Notes: generated by a model from the sequence alone, not told the origin. A DNA stretch of 60,094 bases, filler included, from Hausera hauseri (GCA_046269625.1; 11 parts of 11 records of this genome joined end to end with filler, not necessarily neighbours in it), one strand, 5' to 3'. Shown: positions 1-12,150, counted from the whole stretch's first letter. Translations and numbers: made by a program.

Positions 1-2115
1 AACTGTCCACGAAGCGAAGCCTGATTTTCCCAATATGCTTGGTAAAGGTTATATTCTTCCCCTCACTGTTGGGGATAACATCAATGTTTCCTTCAGTTCT
101 ATGTTGTTCCCGAACAATGAAATGGGAATTATAGCCACTGAGTTTATGGAACACTACAGGCACATATGGACATGTTTTGCAGCGTAGATTGCAGTTGTTA
201 CATTCAGCGCCCTGGTATTTGCCTGTAAATTGGCAGTGATCCCTGACTTTATGATTCTCCTTAGTGAATGGTTTGGAGCACAAGTACCATGCTGTTGCCT
301 TCCACCATTCTTCTTGTTTCTTCGACATGCGCATGTTGTCATTATGCTGCTGCTGCATATCTCCAATCACATGAGCCATATCTTCAAGTCGTTTCATGAA
401 ATGAGCTGCTCCGCCTGGACTCCTGAATAGAAATGGTTCACAATCCAGTCCTTTGGCATACATGCAATATGATAAAAGCTCATGATATTAGCATTCCATT
501 GTGCTGCTATGTTGTGGATTAGGACTACAACTCTTAACTGAACGCAGAATAGCCTCAAAGTCGCAATATATAACTATTGGAACCTTAATCTTCTTTTTGA
601 ACTCATTGAATTCAGTGTAATCCTCCTTGGGAAATTCTAGTATAATATAATAATTATTGCTTCAGTACATCTTGTGCTCTTTCAGCTTCTCCACAGCTAC
701 ACTGCCGATGAAATGGGACAACCATTGTATAGATATTTCTATTTGTCCATGATGTTTCGCAATTTGTGATCTGACTAGCCGCCCAAAGTCATTGATCCAA
801 ACATGTTTCTTTTCTCCATCGTCTAGTAGGAGCAGATCCCTATGATCTTCCAATTTAGTATTGCATACCTGCAGGGGATAGAATTTGTTCTCGTCCAGTC
901 CCAAGATATTGATGGACATGTTGTTGACTTCCCAAATTTTTAATTTCATCTATATATTGAGGGAACTTGATACAGTGGAAGTCATAGTTGTGCTGCATCC
1001 TTATATAGCCAAACTCGTGAAGCATGATTTTGATCCCTTACGAGTTTTGATAGAATGGAATACATTAAACACATGTTGTCGTTATTGTGGACATTGACAC
1101 ATGCTTTTTTATTAGCAATCCTATCAGGAAGCTGAATATATGAACTACCCCACATGGGAGAGTAGTTGTGAACATACACAGGCAATCTTTTGATGGTTGC
1201 CAGAATCTATCCGCTTTTCTTATCCTGGCTCTCCCCGGCTTCATGGATCAGCTTCTCGTGCGCCTCTTGCATCCATTATGCTATATTGGTGTTTTCCAAT
1301 ATTGGCCTATTTTTAGTCTTGAAGGCCTTATTGGATTCTCCGCCATCAACATTGACGTATGTGGCCTCCAGTTTCATATTGGCCTTAAAAGCTCAGCCAT
1401 GTTGTCCTGAAGAATTCCCTCTGTATCGCCTTTTGTGTATAAGCGGAAGTCTTGGAGGGTTGTTTGATTAGTTGACTCATTAACATCTGCGGCATTTTCT
1501 CTTTAATGCGGCATCATCAACTGGCCGCTGTCTTTGGCTTTTTGATGCAGCATCTTCTGCTGTTGCTATGCGTTTTAGTTCTGCATCGGGTCTTACTGCC
1601 AAAGCAGGCTGTGCAACTGGCTGTGCTGCCAAAGCAGGCTGCTGCTCATTAAATATGACCTTCTTTGACTTTGATTTGAAGTCTGTCAAATGGGCAATAT
1701 GATCTTCGTAAAACTGCATGTATTCTCCATCACATACAACCTCACATCCTGGGCAAATATAATAGGGGATCCTATTGAATTTGTATCCACAATAGCTCCT
1801 CATATTATTATGACAGTTCGGAGGGTTGTGTATTGCACATGTACAATACACGTATGAACTGCGTCTATGATTTTGCTCAGACATGGAAGTCATTATTGGC
1901 ATGGTGGTATTAAATATTTGTTTTTTCGACTTGGTGAAGGAAATCAGGTGTTGTCTATGGGCATTGTAAAAGTCTTCATATTTGGTCTGGAACACTAACT
2001 CATATGTAGGGCATATATAATACTTAGCCCTGTTGTATAGATGGCTGAAGTATTTCTGCATATTATTGCGGCAATTTTGGATTTGAACCAAACACTGTTT
2101 GTATAGATTGCACAA
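1..2115 (-). mobile_element. Degenerate Polinton/Maverick-type protein-primed PolB, family B, N-terminal half (tandem Cys/His domain, terminal-protein region, vOTU-like domain, exonuclease with endonuclease VII/HNH insert)
   Basis: Frameshifted pieces read GSSYIQLPDRIANKKACVNVHNNDNMCLMYSIL, LLLLDDGEKKHVWI, YCDFE, DHCQFTGKY and FHKLSGYNSHF. Collinear with the copies at 39758-41609 and 55146-57825. Confidence 0.88.
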
Positions 2116-2339
2116 CTAAAAATCAACCAAGTATTTGAGGAGCACAAATAAAAATCTCACTATTCGTGGAAGTGATTTTTTAAATAATAAAATATAGCCG
2201 TATCAATGCATACTGCCTCATTTATGAATTTTTTAAACTTGAATTTTTGAACACTCTGCAATACTTGGTTTTAATGTATCAAATAAATTAAATGCACTTG
2301 GGCTCCAAATATGTTTTCATACAATCAATTGGAGTGATC

Positions 2340-3420
2340 AGATTATTCCAATAATGCATACTTGACCGAATACTATCGAATTCTTCAATGTTTTATTCAT
2401 TTCGAGACTGTTCCGATACTACTATTCGAATTCGATCGAAAAATCGGCTTTTTTATTTAAGCCTTTTTTTAAATATCTAACGTCATATTCGGAATCTCCA
2501 TATATGGGTTTCTATCCCTCTACGCTTTTAGATTTTTCGAATTTTGGTTCTATTCGAATGGAAAATCAATTATTCGAAAAGTTTGACTTGTATTCGAGTT
2601 TTCAAATATCTGACGTCATAATCGGAAACAGAACATGTTAGTTTCTGTGTTTACGCTTTTACATTTCTCGATTTCCACTTGCTTGTGTGCTAAAATAAAC
2701 TTCAAAGATTTTATCGGAAAACCGTTATTATTAATTAAAGCACACTTGCACATGTGCGACACATCTGTAATGTGCTATATAGATGCACTAAGACATGGAG
2801 AATCGACTGGCGCTCTCAGATTTCTCAAGAAAATTTATGAGAGTCAAGATTATTGATACTATTTGGTGAAAATCGATATTTATTCGATTTGTGCACCGAA
2901 TTCCGGAAATCTGAGATGGAAGACCTGGGTTACAATGTGGCACTTCCTATCTGTTCCCGTTTAAACATTTGTCGAATTTTAACTCCTTGGGACCTAAAAA
3001 ACTATGAGAATTCTGCACCAGTTGCACTTTGGATCGATATTATTTAAAATCCAGTCGAGCGATTTAAATTTTAATTGCACGTTCACATAGTGCACCGTAT
3101 TTCTAATCGATTTCACCCGATTCCATGTGCTAATCATCAATATTGGACATATCGGAAAACCGATATTCTTGCTTTTTGCACACTTGCACATGTGCTGTAC
3201 ACCTGCACTGTGCACATATCGATGCACTTTGATGAGCACTACCGATTAGCACTTTGTAAATATCAATCCGATCAATTGTGCAATGTGCAGCGATCGATTT
3301 GTGAAATGTGCCTAGCAACAGTACGTAACGGCACCGTCGCCTAGAACATTACCGATCGATATTGCTCCATGTACACTATCGATTGGCACGTGCAAATTAA
3401 TTTATCGATTCGTACACCCC
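2340..3420. repeat. Degenerate internally repetitive non-coding region (possible transposon subterminal sequence)
   Basis: Imperfect direct repeats: AAATATCTrACGTCATAwTCGGAA...TACGCTTTTA at ~2471 and ~2604, and ATCGGAAAACCG...GCACACTTGCACATGTGC at ~2713 and ~3151. Rich in TCGA. Confidence 0.55.
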
Positions 3421-3662
3421 CGGGGGTGGTGCAGACTTCCCATTTTCTTCCTACTCCCATCTGTCAGCGCGGTACCAAGCAATCTGTACCAATAGCGTTT
3501 AAATTCGAACAAACGCAGACAACTTTTGTTGTCGACTATCTACACCTGGTTGCATTTAATAAGATAATGACACGAATTAATTTTTCCCAAAGATGACTTT
3601 TATCTGAAGAATGTCGGAACAACTCTGATTAGAAACAAAATCGTTAAATAAAACTTATTTAG

Positions 3663-3930
3663 AAAACAAAACTCACTAGCAAAAGTAGAAATTCGTGAGT
3701 TGGCCTTCAATCCCCAATCGGAAGAATCCCCGAGCTTCTGAGAAAAGGAAACAACGCTTAACGAGTTGGATCCGGTGTATCTGTTTACTTGGTTGCTGTT
3801 CTTGAACACTTGTCCGCTGAAGTTTTGGAATTGGTTGGAAACGCTGCATACTGTAACAAGATATCTAGAATCATTCCAGAACACTTGCAGTTTGTCAACA
3901 GAAATAACGAAGAACCAGATTCACAACTCT
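3663..3930 (+). pseudogene. H2A: Histone H2A pseudogene
   Basis: One frame reads [76 protein letters not shown]. This aligns with the H2A core (SRAGLQFPVGR...[25 protein letters not shown]...[21 protein letters not shown]). Two in-frame stops. Confidence 0.92.
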
Positions 3931-4034
3931 CTGAAATCCGTGGCCGCAAACCATGTACAGTAGATGGAAGTGAGCACACTGGGCCAACCCCCCAGGATCG
4001 AGCTCTGTCGAATAGTATAGGTCGCAAATCTGTA

Positions 4035-4462
4035 TGACTTTAGGAACTGAATATATAACGATTCGAATATTTCGGAAAAAATTTTCGAAACGTTATGTCT
4101 CAGCACCCATATATCGTATTGAAGTGAGATCAAATTTGTAAGATGGAGAAAAGAATTCTCTATCTTCAACAAATTATTCGAAAAATATTTTTCGAGCTCG
4201 ATTTTCGATTTACCGAATAATGTTGGGCCAAACATGAAAAATATTCAGTTTTTTGTGTTCTATCTAATGGTATAGGTTACAAGTCCATACGACCTACCGA
4301 TTCGAATATATATCAATTCAAATATTTCGAAAAAATTTCCAAAATGTTATATCTCCGCAACCAAACATCGCATTGACATGGGATAAAGTGTACCAGATGC
4401 AGAAAGAAATTCTCTATCGAGTGCAATTATAATGATCGATTTTCACTTTAGGATAAAATTCG
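4035..4462. repeat. Imperfect tandem repeat, ~255-bp period, about 1.7 units
   Basis: GAATATATA..ATTCrAATATTTCG..AAAAATTT...GTTATrTCTC.GCA.CCA...ATCG.ATTGA...AGATG.AGAAA..AATTCTCTATC occurs at ~4049 and again at ~4303. Confidence 0.65.
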
Positions 4463-4562
4463 NNNNNNNNNNNNNNNNNNNNNNNNNNNNNNNNNNNNNN
4501 NNNNNNTTAATTAATTAANNNNNNNNNNNNNNNNNNNNNNNNNNNNNNNNNNNNNNNNNNNN
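4463..4562. other. Artificial contig linker (N44-TTAATTAATTAA-N44). Identical linkers at 11124-11223, 17012-17111, 26283-26382, 32555-32654, 37159-37258, 41610-41709, 45909-46008, 50232-50331 and 54843-54942
   Basis: Identical 100-bp spacers that place stop codons in all six frames. Confidence 0.98.
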
Positions 4563-4737
4563 CGTTTCTGTGAGCTCACATAAAAACTGTACATCAAACA
4601 CATGTCCGGTCAAAATGTCATCGGTCAATCTCTGAATTTTACTTTCAATATACTTTTCCATTCGATTTTGTGTACTAATATTGATAAAGGTTTATAGCCG
4701 ATTTATGCGACGTCTGAGACTGCAGTGGCCAAGGACA

Positions 4738-7700
4738 CGTACCTGTGTCCCGTGTGATTTATTCAAAACACATGCCCGTATGCCGACTTTTATGAGATGC
4801 ACAAGCATCATCTCGGGCCATTCACGCGGTCCAAGATGATGCTAGTGCATTGCACCATGTACCACGGTACTGCACAAGTATAGTGCATGACGTTGGTGGT
4901 TGCCATAGTGCAATGGAGCAATACTATGGCACCACAACGGTGCACAGTAAACGAACTTATGTATGTCCCGGTTGTTCTATAGCTGATGATCAAATCAACT
5001 ATGAACAATTTTATAATCAGCACCATGATCACTTAAACCAGTTTAAGCGGTCGAAAAAACAAATAATAATGGACACATCAAAAAGAAGCAGCAGCAGCAG
5101 CAGTATTCCATCAACAAGTAGGAGACGTCAGGTATCAACAAGCCTTCACAAATACTTGCAAAACAACAGAAATCAAAAGCAGCAGATGGAGCAGCAGCAG
5201 CAGGAACAGGAGCAACAGGGGGAGGAACCACGCATTACTGTCAAGTACGATCTGAAAAAATCTTACGTGGATATCAAAGTGAACATGCCAGCGACAACAA
5301 CAACAACACATTTGAGATATGTTCCATCCATTGTGCGAAACCGGTTGGAATCTGAAGTGGAAAAATTCCAACACCACCACTGCAAAGTGCAGTATTATGC
5401 ACTTGTAGAATTCTAAAACGTGCAAGGCAACATGAAACAATGGTACCTGTCACATCGAGCTGTACCACATACCGAGGATTTTATTGCTGAGATTAGCGAA
5501 AAGCTCGAGGAGAAAATCGCCAGCTACACGGAAAATGGTAGTGGATGGCGAATTGTAAAGATTGTCACTCTCGGCTTTATCATTACAAAATCGAGTTACA
5601 TGATTTACTTGTCAAGGCGATCATTCATACCGACACCTGCAGCCCTAAAACACTCTAAGTCCGTAGTGAATGTAGAAAATAATAGCGACGAATACTGTTT
5701 TCTTTACAGTATTTTGACGAAGTGCCCAGAAATCGTACAAATCGTTCAAAACAATATCGTCAGTATTTTCCGAATTGGACTTTGGTGAAAAGCTGGATGC
5801 CGATGAAACTCAAAACCATTCCGGCTTTTGAACGGCGTAACCCGACACTGTCAATCAACGTTTTCCGGTACAACTCAGTAATAGCGATACCAACAGATGA
5901 GGAAATTTACAAGAATTATCACGTGGACATAATCTATCGAAGTCGGAACCCGAATGGACGTCCAATATACCTGTTGCTGTTGGAGCATGCAGAAAATTTT
6001 CATTACGTGGCCGTAACAAATCTGGACAGACTGCTGAACATTGACCATGACCAGTTCATCCAAAAACAAATACGCGAAAAATGGGAAAAACACGTGGCGC
6101 TATGCAGACGAAACGTATCGGGAACAACAATGTACTTCACGCCCGCCAAAAAGAAGCTGAGATTCAGTGACTTCGCAAACAGACAGTCCGGAATATGTGG
6201 TTTGTGCCGATATTGAAGCAATTCTACCGCGGCACAACGTATACGATCAAAAGCACATGCCAATCACCGTCGGTATGTTGCTAGTATCAATAAAAGCCAC
6301 CGGACAACCGCAGTATTACGTTTTCCACGGATGGAACTGTCTACGTGATTTCCTGCACCAGTTGGAGGCAATAGTGGAAGCGGAAATCGCACCGTGCTAC
6401 AGTAACAACAGCACTAAGTCTTTGATTTGGATAGACGAAGACAAACGCCTTACGTTTGCAGTCACAGACAAATGCTACCTGTGCCACAAAATATTACTAT
6501 TCGATAAACAGGAACGGCTCGTACCTTATCACGACCACTTTACCGGACGATAGTTGGGAGCAGCATGCAATTCATGCAATTTAGCACGGCGTGTGCGGCC
6601 ATTCCTGCCGGTGATATTTCATAACTTAAGGGGTTATGATTGTCACCATATTCTGAAATGGGCCATTAATGGATTACCACACTGGGAGCTGTCCGTAATC
6701 CCAACAACGATGAAGAAATACCTGTCTCTGTTGCCACGCATAAACCGGTTCCAGGTGCGATTCCTTGACTAATTACGGTTCCGCAATGAGTTTCTAGCAA
6801 AGCTGGTAAATTCCTTTCCGGATGTGCCGTTAACATCAACGCAGTTTCCGATGCATATTGCACGTAGCAAAAGCATATTCTCGTATGACTTTGCTGTATC
6901 GTACGAGCAGCTTCAAACAACAGAGGAATTGCCGCCGCAGTGGCTTAGTGTAACAGAAGATGAATATCGCAGAGCACAGGAATATTAGTCAGAGCTCGGC
7001 TGCAGAAGCCTATTAGATTATATGTTCCAGTATCTGAAACTGGACGTGTAATTGTTGGCCGGCGTGTTTAATATATTTCAGACTAAGGCGTTGGCGGAAG
7101 ATGGGCTGGAGGTGCTCAACTTTTGCTCCATACCGGGAATGAGGTGGACGTCGGCTCTGATATCATTGGACTGGGACATTGAGCTGTTGCAAGACGCAGA
7201 AATGTACCGACTGTTTGATGTTGGTATTCGTGGCGGCATAACATTTTTAACAAGCACTACGTAACCAGTGATGATAACACAACATCACTGCTGTACATTG
7301 ACATTAATAATAATCTGTATGGCTAGGCGCTTTCGCAACCTTTGTCGTACGGTTTATTTGAATGGTTAAGGGACAAGCGAGATCTGGAAGCAATATTGCA
7401 AAATTTACCGAGAGTAGACACGGCAGAAAACAGCTCATTCGGCTACCTTATGGAAGTCGATCTCGTTGTACCGGATGTGTTTCATGACGATTTGGACCAA
7501 TTGCCTGTCGCCCCAATCAGCCAATGTCCGCTAGGCGGCTAAAAGGTGAAGAAACTTCTCATGACGCATGAACCGAAGCTGAATTACGTGGTCAATTGGC
7601 GTCTGCTACAGTTCTACATGCATCTCGGTGTAGGAGTCACACAGGTGCATCGCGCAATGAAATTTAATCAGGCGCCGATATTCAAGGCACACATTGACGG

Positions 7701-8503
7701 AAATTCGGAAAAACGAGCCACAGCTTGTACAAAGTTTGAAAAGGACTACTACAAGTTGAAAAATAATTTTCTCTACGGCAAGATAGTAGAGAACCTCAAA
7801 AAGCGACTCAATGTGCGCCTATGTAACAACGAAAAGCGTCTGGTTACTTACACCTACAAGGCGTAGTTCAGGCGGTCAATGCACATTGCCGATGGATTGG
7901 TTGCCATGTTGTTAAACAGGGTAGAAGTCGTACTGGACCGACCAAGCTATATCGGACAAGTGGTGTTGGATCTGAGCAAGTTGCGAATGTACGAGCTCCA
8001 GTATCACTATTTGGCGCGTTACCAGCAAATGTTCGATAGCTGTGAGATCAGTATCGTTGCCGGTGACATACAGCTTTTTTATGAGCTGAAAAACGTCAGT
8101 CGCGACGAACTGCTCCGGCAGATGATGGCAGATGGATTACTGGACAAGTCCGCTGTACAGCAATGCCATTACGAACAAAATCGGCTGCTTCAAGGATGAA
8201 AGCGAAGGCCGTGTTCAATACTGCGAATGGATATTCCTGCGCCCAGTGTTACAGTCTCCTGACGGACTGTAGACCAATACGCGGTGATTATAGTCGTATC
8301 TATGAAGCAGAAGCAGAAGACGGAGGACGACAAACAAGAGGACAATCAATGACTGTGTCAAACGACCATACGATTGATTGAGCACAAGCTGTATACTATA
8401 ACAAACGGAAAAATCGCTGTCATGTAATGAAGATAAGCGAAAGTGGGTGGGGCAAAATAAGAGTCGGGCGTATGGGCATTGGCGTTTGAAATATCACGCG
8501 TGA
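4738..8503 (+). mobile_element. Near full-length degenerate Polinton-type pPolB, family A
   Basis: YTENGSGW (terminal-protein region); NNSDEYCFLYSIL...HYVAV (vOTU-like Cys/His); VCADIEA (ExoI); CYLC...HDHFTG..GAACNSCNL (endonuclease VII-like); FHNLRGYD (ExoII); YLKLDV (ExoIII); LYIDINN.LYG (motif A); KLKNNFLYGK (motif B); PSYIGQVVLDLSK; C-terminal DKR...AYGHW. Many stops and frameshifts. Confidence 0.92.
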
Positions 8504-8788
8504 TTCCTTATGTGCTCCGACGATTCGAGGCAGATAATTACAGTCATTTGTATATTGTGACAATTACTGACATCTTGTAATTTTTATTGCTTATTGTTGT
8601 TATATCACAATAATGCATTTTTGTTCACCGACTTTTTTCGTTCTGTTTTATATAGTTATTTAATTTTCTTCAAATTAAATGATGACTAAGAAAACGTTAG
8701 TTATAATAAAATTTTAATACAGTATTAAAAAGTCAATTTAACACTACAAATGCAAATAAGTTTATTAAGCATTAATCACAAAATCACG

Positions 8789-9207
8789 TCAAATCAAACT
8801 GAATTTTGACAGTTTCCACATTGAGGATTTCACGAACATCATCTCCTTGTAGCCTTTCAGCTTCAGACTTAAGTAACCTTTAGCTCCTTCAGCTTGCAAT
8901 GCTGCTGATGCTTCTCCACTTGAACGGATAATTTTCCGCATATTGCCCTTGAGAAAAAATGAGGTATCTCGAATATCTTTAGACAACTCCAAGTCATTGT
9001 CGAGTTTTTTCATTGTTTCCTCAATCGTGTTTAAATCACTGTTGTTAATTTTCTTGGGCAGCAGACCATACTTCACCTGTTTGAGTTTTATCGGTTGCGC
9101 CAACGTCAATTGAACAGGCGTTCGTAGAAAGTTCAACTTGTACCCATTGTACAACCGGGACGGTCTAACAGAATATTCGTTGTACCTGGGCTGACTAACA
9201 GAACTCG
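8789..9207 (-). CDS. Unknown PolB-A-linked ORF X, copy 1 (native start apparently lost)
   Basis: PRYNEYSVRPSRLYNGY...EGAKGYLSLKLKGYK...MWKLSKFSLI is homologous to 59601-60077 and 26383-26547. The listed ORF 8789-9364 runs on into antisense PolB-B sequence beyond ~9207. Confidence 0.75.
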
Positions 9208-9209
9208 AT

Positions 9210-11123
9210 GTCCTACATATGCCCATCATGAGAATAAGTCTCAAGTCTATCATACCCGCATTTTTACGCCCAACATCCGCACCATCTCCAACCGTTTGCC
9301 AAATCCAAAAAGGCAATCTTTTCCATCGATAGAAATGACATTGACTTACAGAGGAAATCAACAATTAATCAAGTTGGTGGAGGTAAACGACATCAACAGG
9401 ATTCTACCCAGCACCCAAAAACGAAGAAACAAAGGTCAGTAGCAGTGGATAAGGAAGCAATCAATCGCAAAATGGTTATCCATTTTATTTCTGTAACCGG
9501 TCAAAAGAGTCTTCCTAAATTTTTGGAATTTTCAAAAGCGGATGCAACCACGGCCTTAAATGAATATCTATCGGAACTCAATGCCCTAAAAGTTAACCTT
9601 GTTCTGGAGGCTGACTTTGAAAAGGATAATGAGCTGTCAAAAAGTGCTTTCAAAACATAATCAAGTCTGTCCTGCAAGCCTCAGAAATAACCAATTTCTT
9701 GGATGGAGAGTTTACGAAATTGATAACTAAAGCCGAAGAAAGCTATGCTAAGAAAAGCGGATGGACTCTTTCGAACATCAAAGGACTCAACTTGAGGATT
9801 CATAAATATTTCCCAATGCGTGGATCATAATACATTAAGCTGCCTCAATGGATTGAAGATAAAAAGGCATACATTATTGTACAAAACGCTGATAATTTAT
9901 GTTTCAAGTATTCAATTCTCTCAAAATTTGTATCTACACATTCGAAACGAGTTGAGCAGTACACCAACATTAATCATCCGTATAATTTCTCCTGTGTATC
10001 ATTTCCCCCATCGTTGCTGGATGTCAAGAAATTTGAAAAATTTAATATAAGAATCAATGTTTTTGCGACTGATGAAAAGGATAAAATATTTCCGCTCAAA
10101 GTCTGCAGTGAAGAAAAATCAGACCATCGGGATTTGCCGCTATTAAGTGATGGTGAAAAAAAACACTATGTATGGATCAAAAATTTTAAGCGGTTTGTTA
10201 GCTCATAGATCACAAAACATATGAATCGCATATTAATATGCAAGAAGTGTTTTTCACATTTTCATGATAGATATGAAAAATTAGCAGAAGAAAAGCTAAA
10301 GGATCACAAAGAGTACTGTAATGAGAAGAAATCTGTCCGGAAAAATTTTCCACAGGAAAATTTCATATATTTTAAAGAATACGAAAAAATGCTACGAGTA
10401 CCCTTCGTAGTCTACTATGATTTTGAGTCGATATTGACTCCAATCCATGCATGTCACCAAAATAATGATCATTCAAGTAATACCAGCTATCAGTTGCATG
10501 AGACAATGTCTTTTTGCATGTTTGCAAAAGGATTTTCAGACGAGCCATACCTATACAGGAACCGAAATGCAGTATCAGTTTTTATGAAACGGTAGGAAGA
10601 ACTTGTTCACAGTATCGAAGATATGAAACCGAGAAAAATGTTTATTACAGCAATTGAGAAAGCCCAATGGAAGAATGCTTCAGTATGCTACTTGTGTGCA
10701 AAACCATTTACCTCTGACAATCAGAAAGTCCGGCATCACTGTCACATCACGGGAAAATATCGTGGTCCACCATGCAATTCTTGTAATCTCCGCGGCCGAA
10801 CGGTTAAATTTATCCCTGTGATATTTCACAATTTAAGTGGGTATGAGTCACATTTCATTATAAGGGAATTGGGAAATGTGAATGGAAAATTGACGTTATT
10901 CCACATAGTGAAAAAAAGTACATTACTTTCACTGTGTATTTTGGAAAGATGCAGCTGCATTTTATAGACAGTCAAAAATTTATGACCAGTAGCTTGTATC
11001 AACTGGTGAAAAATCTGTCAGAAAGTGAACTAAAGGAGACCAGAATATACTTCCAGAATGACAAATTCCATCTAGTTAAACGAAAGGGTGTTTTTCCCTA
11101 TGACTACATCACGTCATGGAACA
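9210..11123 (+). mobile_element. Degenerate Polinton-type pPolB, family B (more divergent copy), cut by the contig end
   Basis: SYICPS...FYAQHPHHLQPFAKSKK, KSGWTL, HYVWIKNF, YYDFES, CYLC...RHHCHITGKYRGPPCNSCNL, FHNLSGYE, KRKGVFPYDY. Confidence 0.9.
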
Positions 11124-11223
11124 NNNNNNNNNNNNNNNNNNNNNNNNNNNNNNNNNNNNNNNNNNNNTTAATTAATTAANNNNNNNNNNNNNNNNNNNNN
11201 NNNNNNNNNNNNNNNNNNNNNNN

Positions 11224-12150
11224 TTTCCGAGATTACGATGTTACCGAAAAAGATGACTATCAGAATTTGCTGATTTTTTCCAGAGATATTTCACAAGGGT
11301 TACCCATTGTCGAAATAATTTGTTACGCACGAGAAATTCACAGTAGACCCATCATGAAAAGGTCGAATTGGGGAGTTTAACAGGCGACGTCAGAGAAAAG
11401 GTAAAAGCGTGCAAGAATATGCATGTGCCCTTCAGAAATTGGCTCATAGAGCGTATGCAGATGGTGACATAAGAGAAGACGCTCTCCTGACTCAATTTTG
11501 CTACGGAGTTACTAAGGAAATACAAAACTATATCACTGTTGCTGACCCTGACACATAAAGAAGCTGTCAGTAAGGCTAGAAAATTGAAGTAAACTACGGG
11601 AGATTGGAAAATATTAAAAAGCCTTATAAAACTGATGATAAAAAGATGAAAACCCTCAGTCGAAGAAAAATTTTCAAAACCGTTTTATATAACTCAGAAT
11701 CAAACGGAACAACAGCAGAAGAAGGTTACATGGCAACAAGAACAACCTCAAAAATCTGCAATGAGGAAACCAACGGTTAATCAGAATGGACAGCCATTAT
11801 GCTTTGCATGTCAAAAATATGGGCATATGGTTCGTACCTGCCCTAATCAAGGACAGTCAAGTCAAAAGAAAAGGAACGTTGATACAGTAGGTAATATATC
11901 TGATGCGGATAATAAACACGAAACTACAGATACACAGCCCAAAGAGACAATTGAAGAGCTACAACAAAAGATCAGATCCAAATTAAAAGAAAGTAAAACC
12001 AATATGACAGAGGATGAAGATAAGATAGCCGAATTAAAACACCTGTACCTTGAATTAAAGGAGCAACAAACTTGCGAGAGAAGACAGAAAGTCAATGATA
12101 AAAGTTTATTTATTGCTCCTATTGGCAGACCCAAAAAGATTCCTGCATAA
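11224..12150 (+). mobile_element. Degenerate LTR-retrotransposon Gag (capsid C-terminal domain and CCHC zinc knuckle)
   Basis: RRRQRKGKSVQEYACALQKLAHRAY...EDALLTQFCYGV...PDT at ~11380-11560 and CFACQKYGHMVRTC (CX2CX4HX4C) at ~11800. Confidence 0.8.

Noticed and set aside
2418-2423. ACTACT as a right Polinton terminus
   Set aside because: No supporting TIR structure; a 6-mer like this is expected by chance.
8789-9364. 191-aa ORF as a real full-length protein
   Set aside because: Its first ~52 residues are antisense PolB-B sequence.
11124-11223. TTAATTAATTAA palindromes as biological sites; ORFs ending ...XXXLIN
   Set aside because: Artificial linkers.
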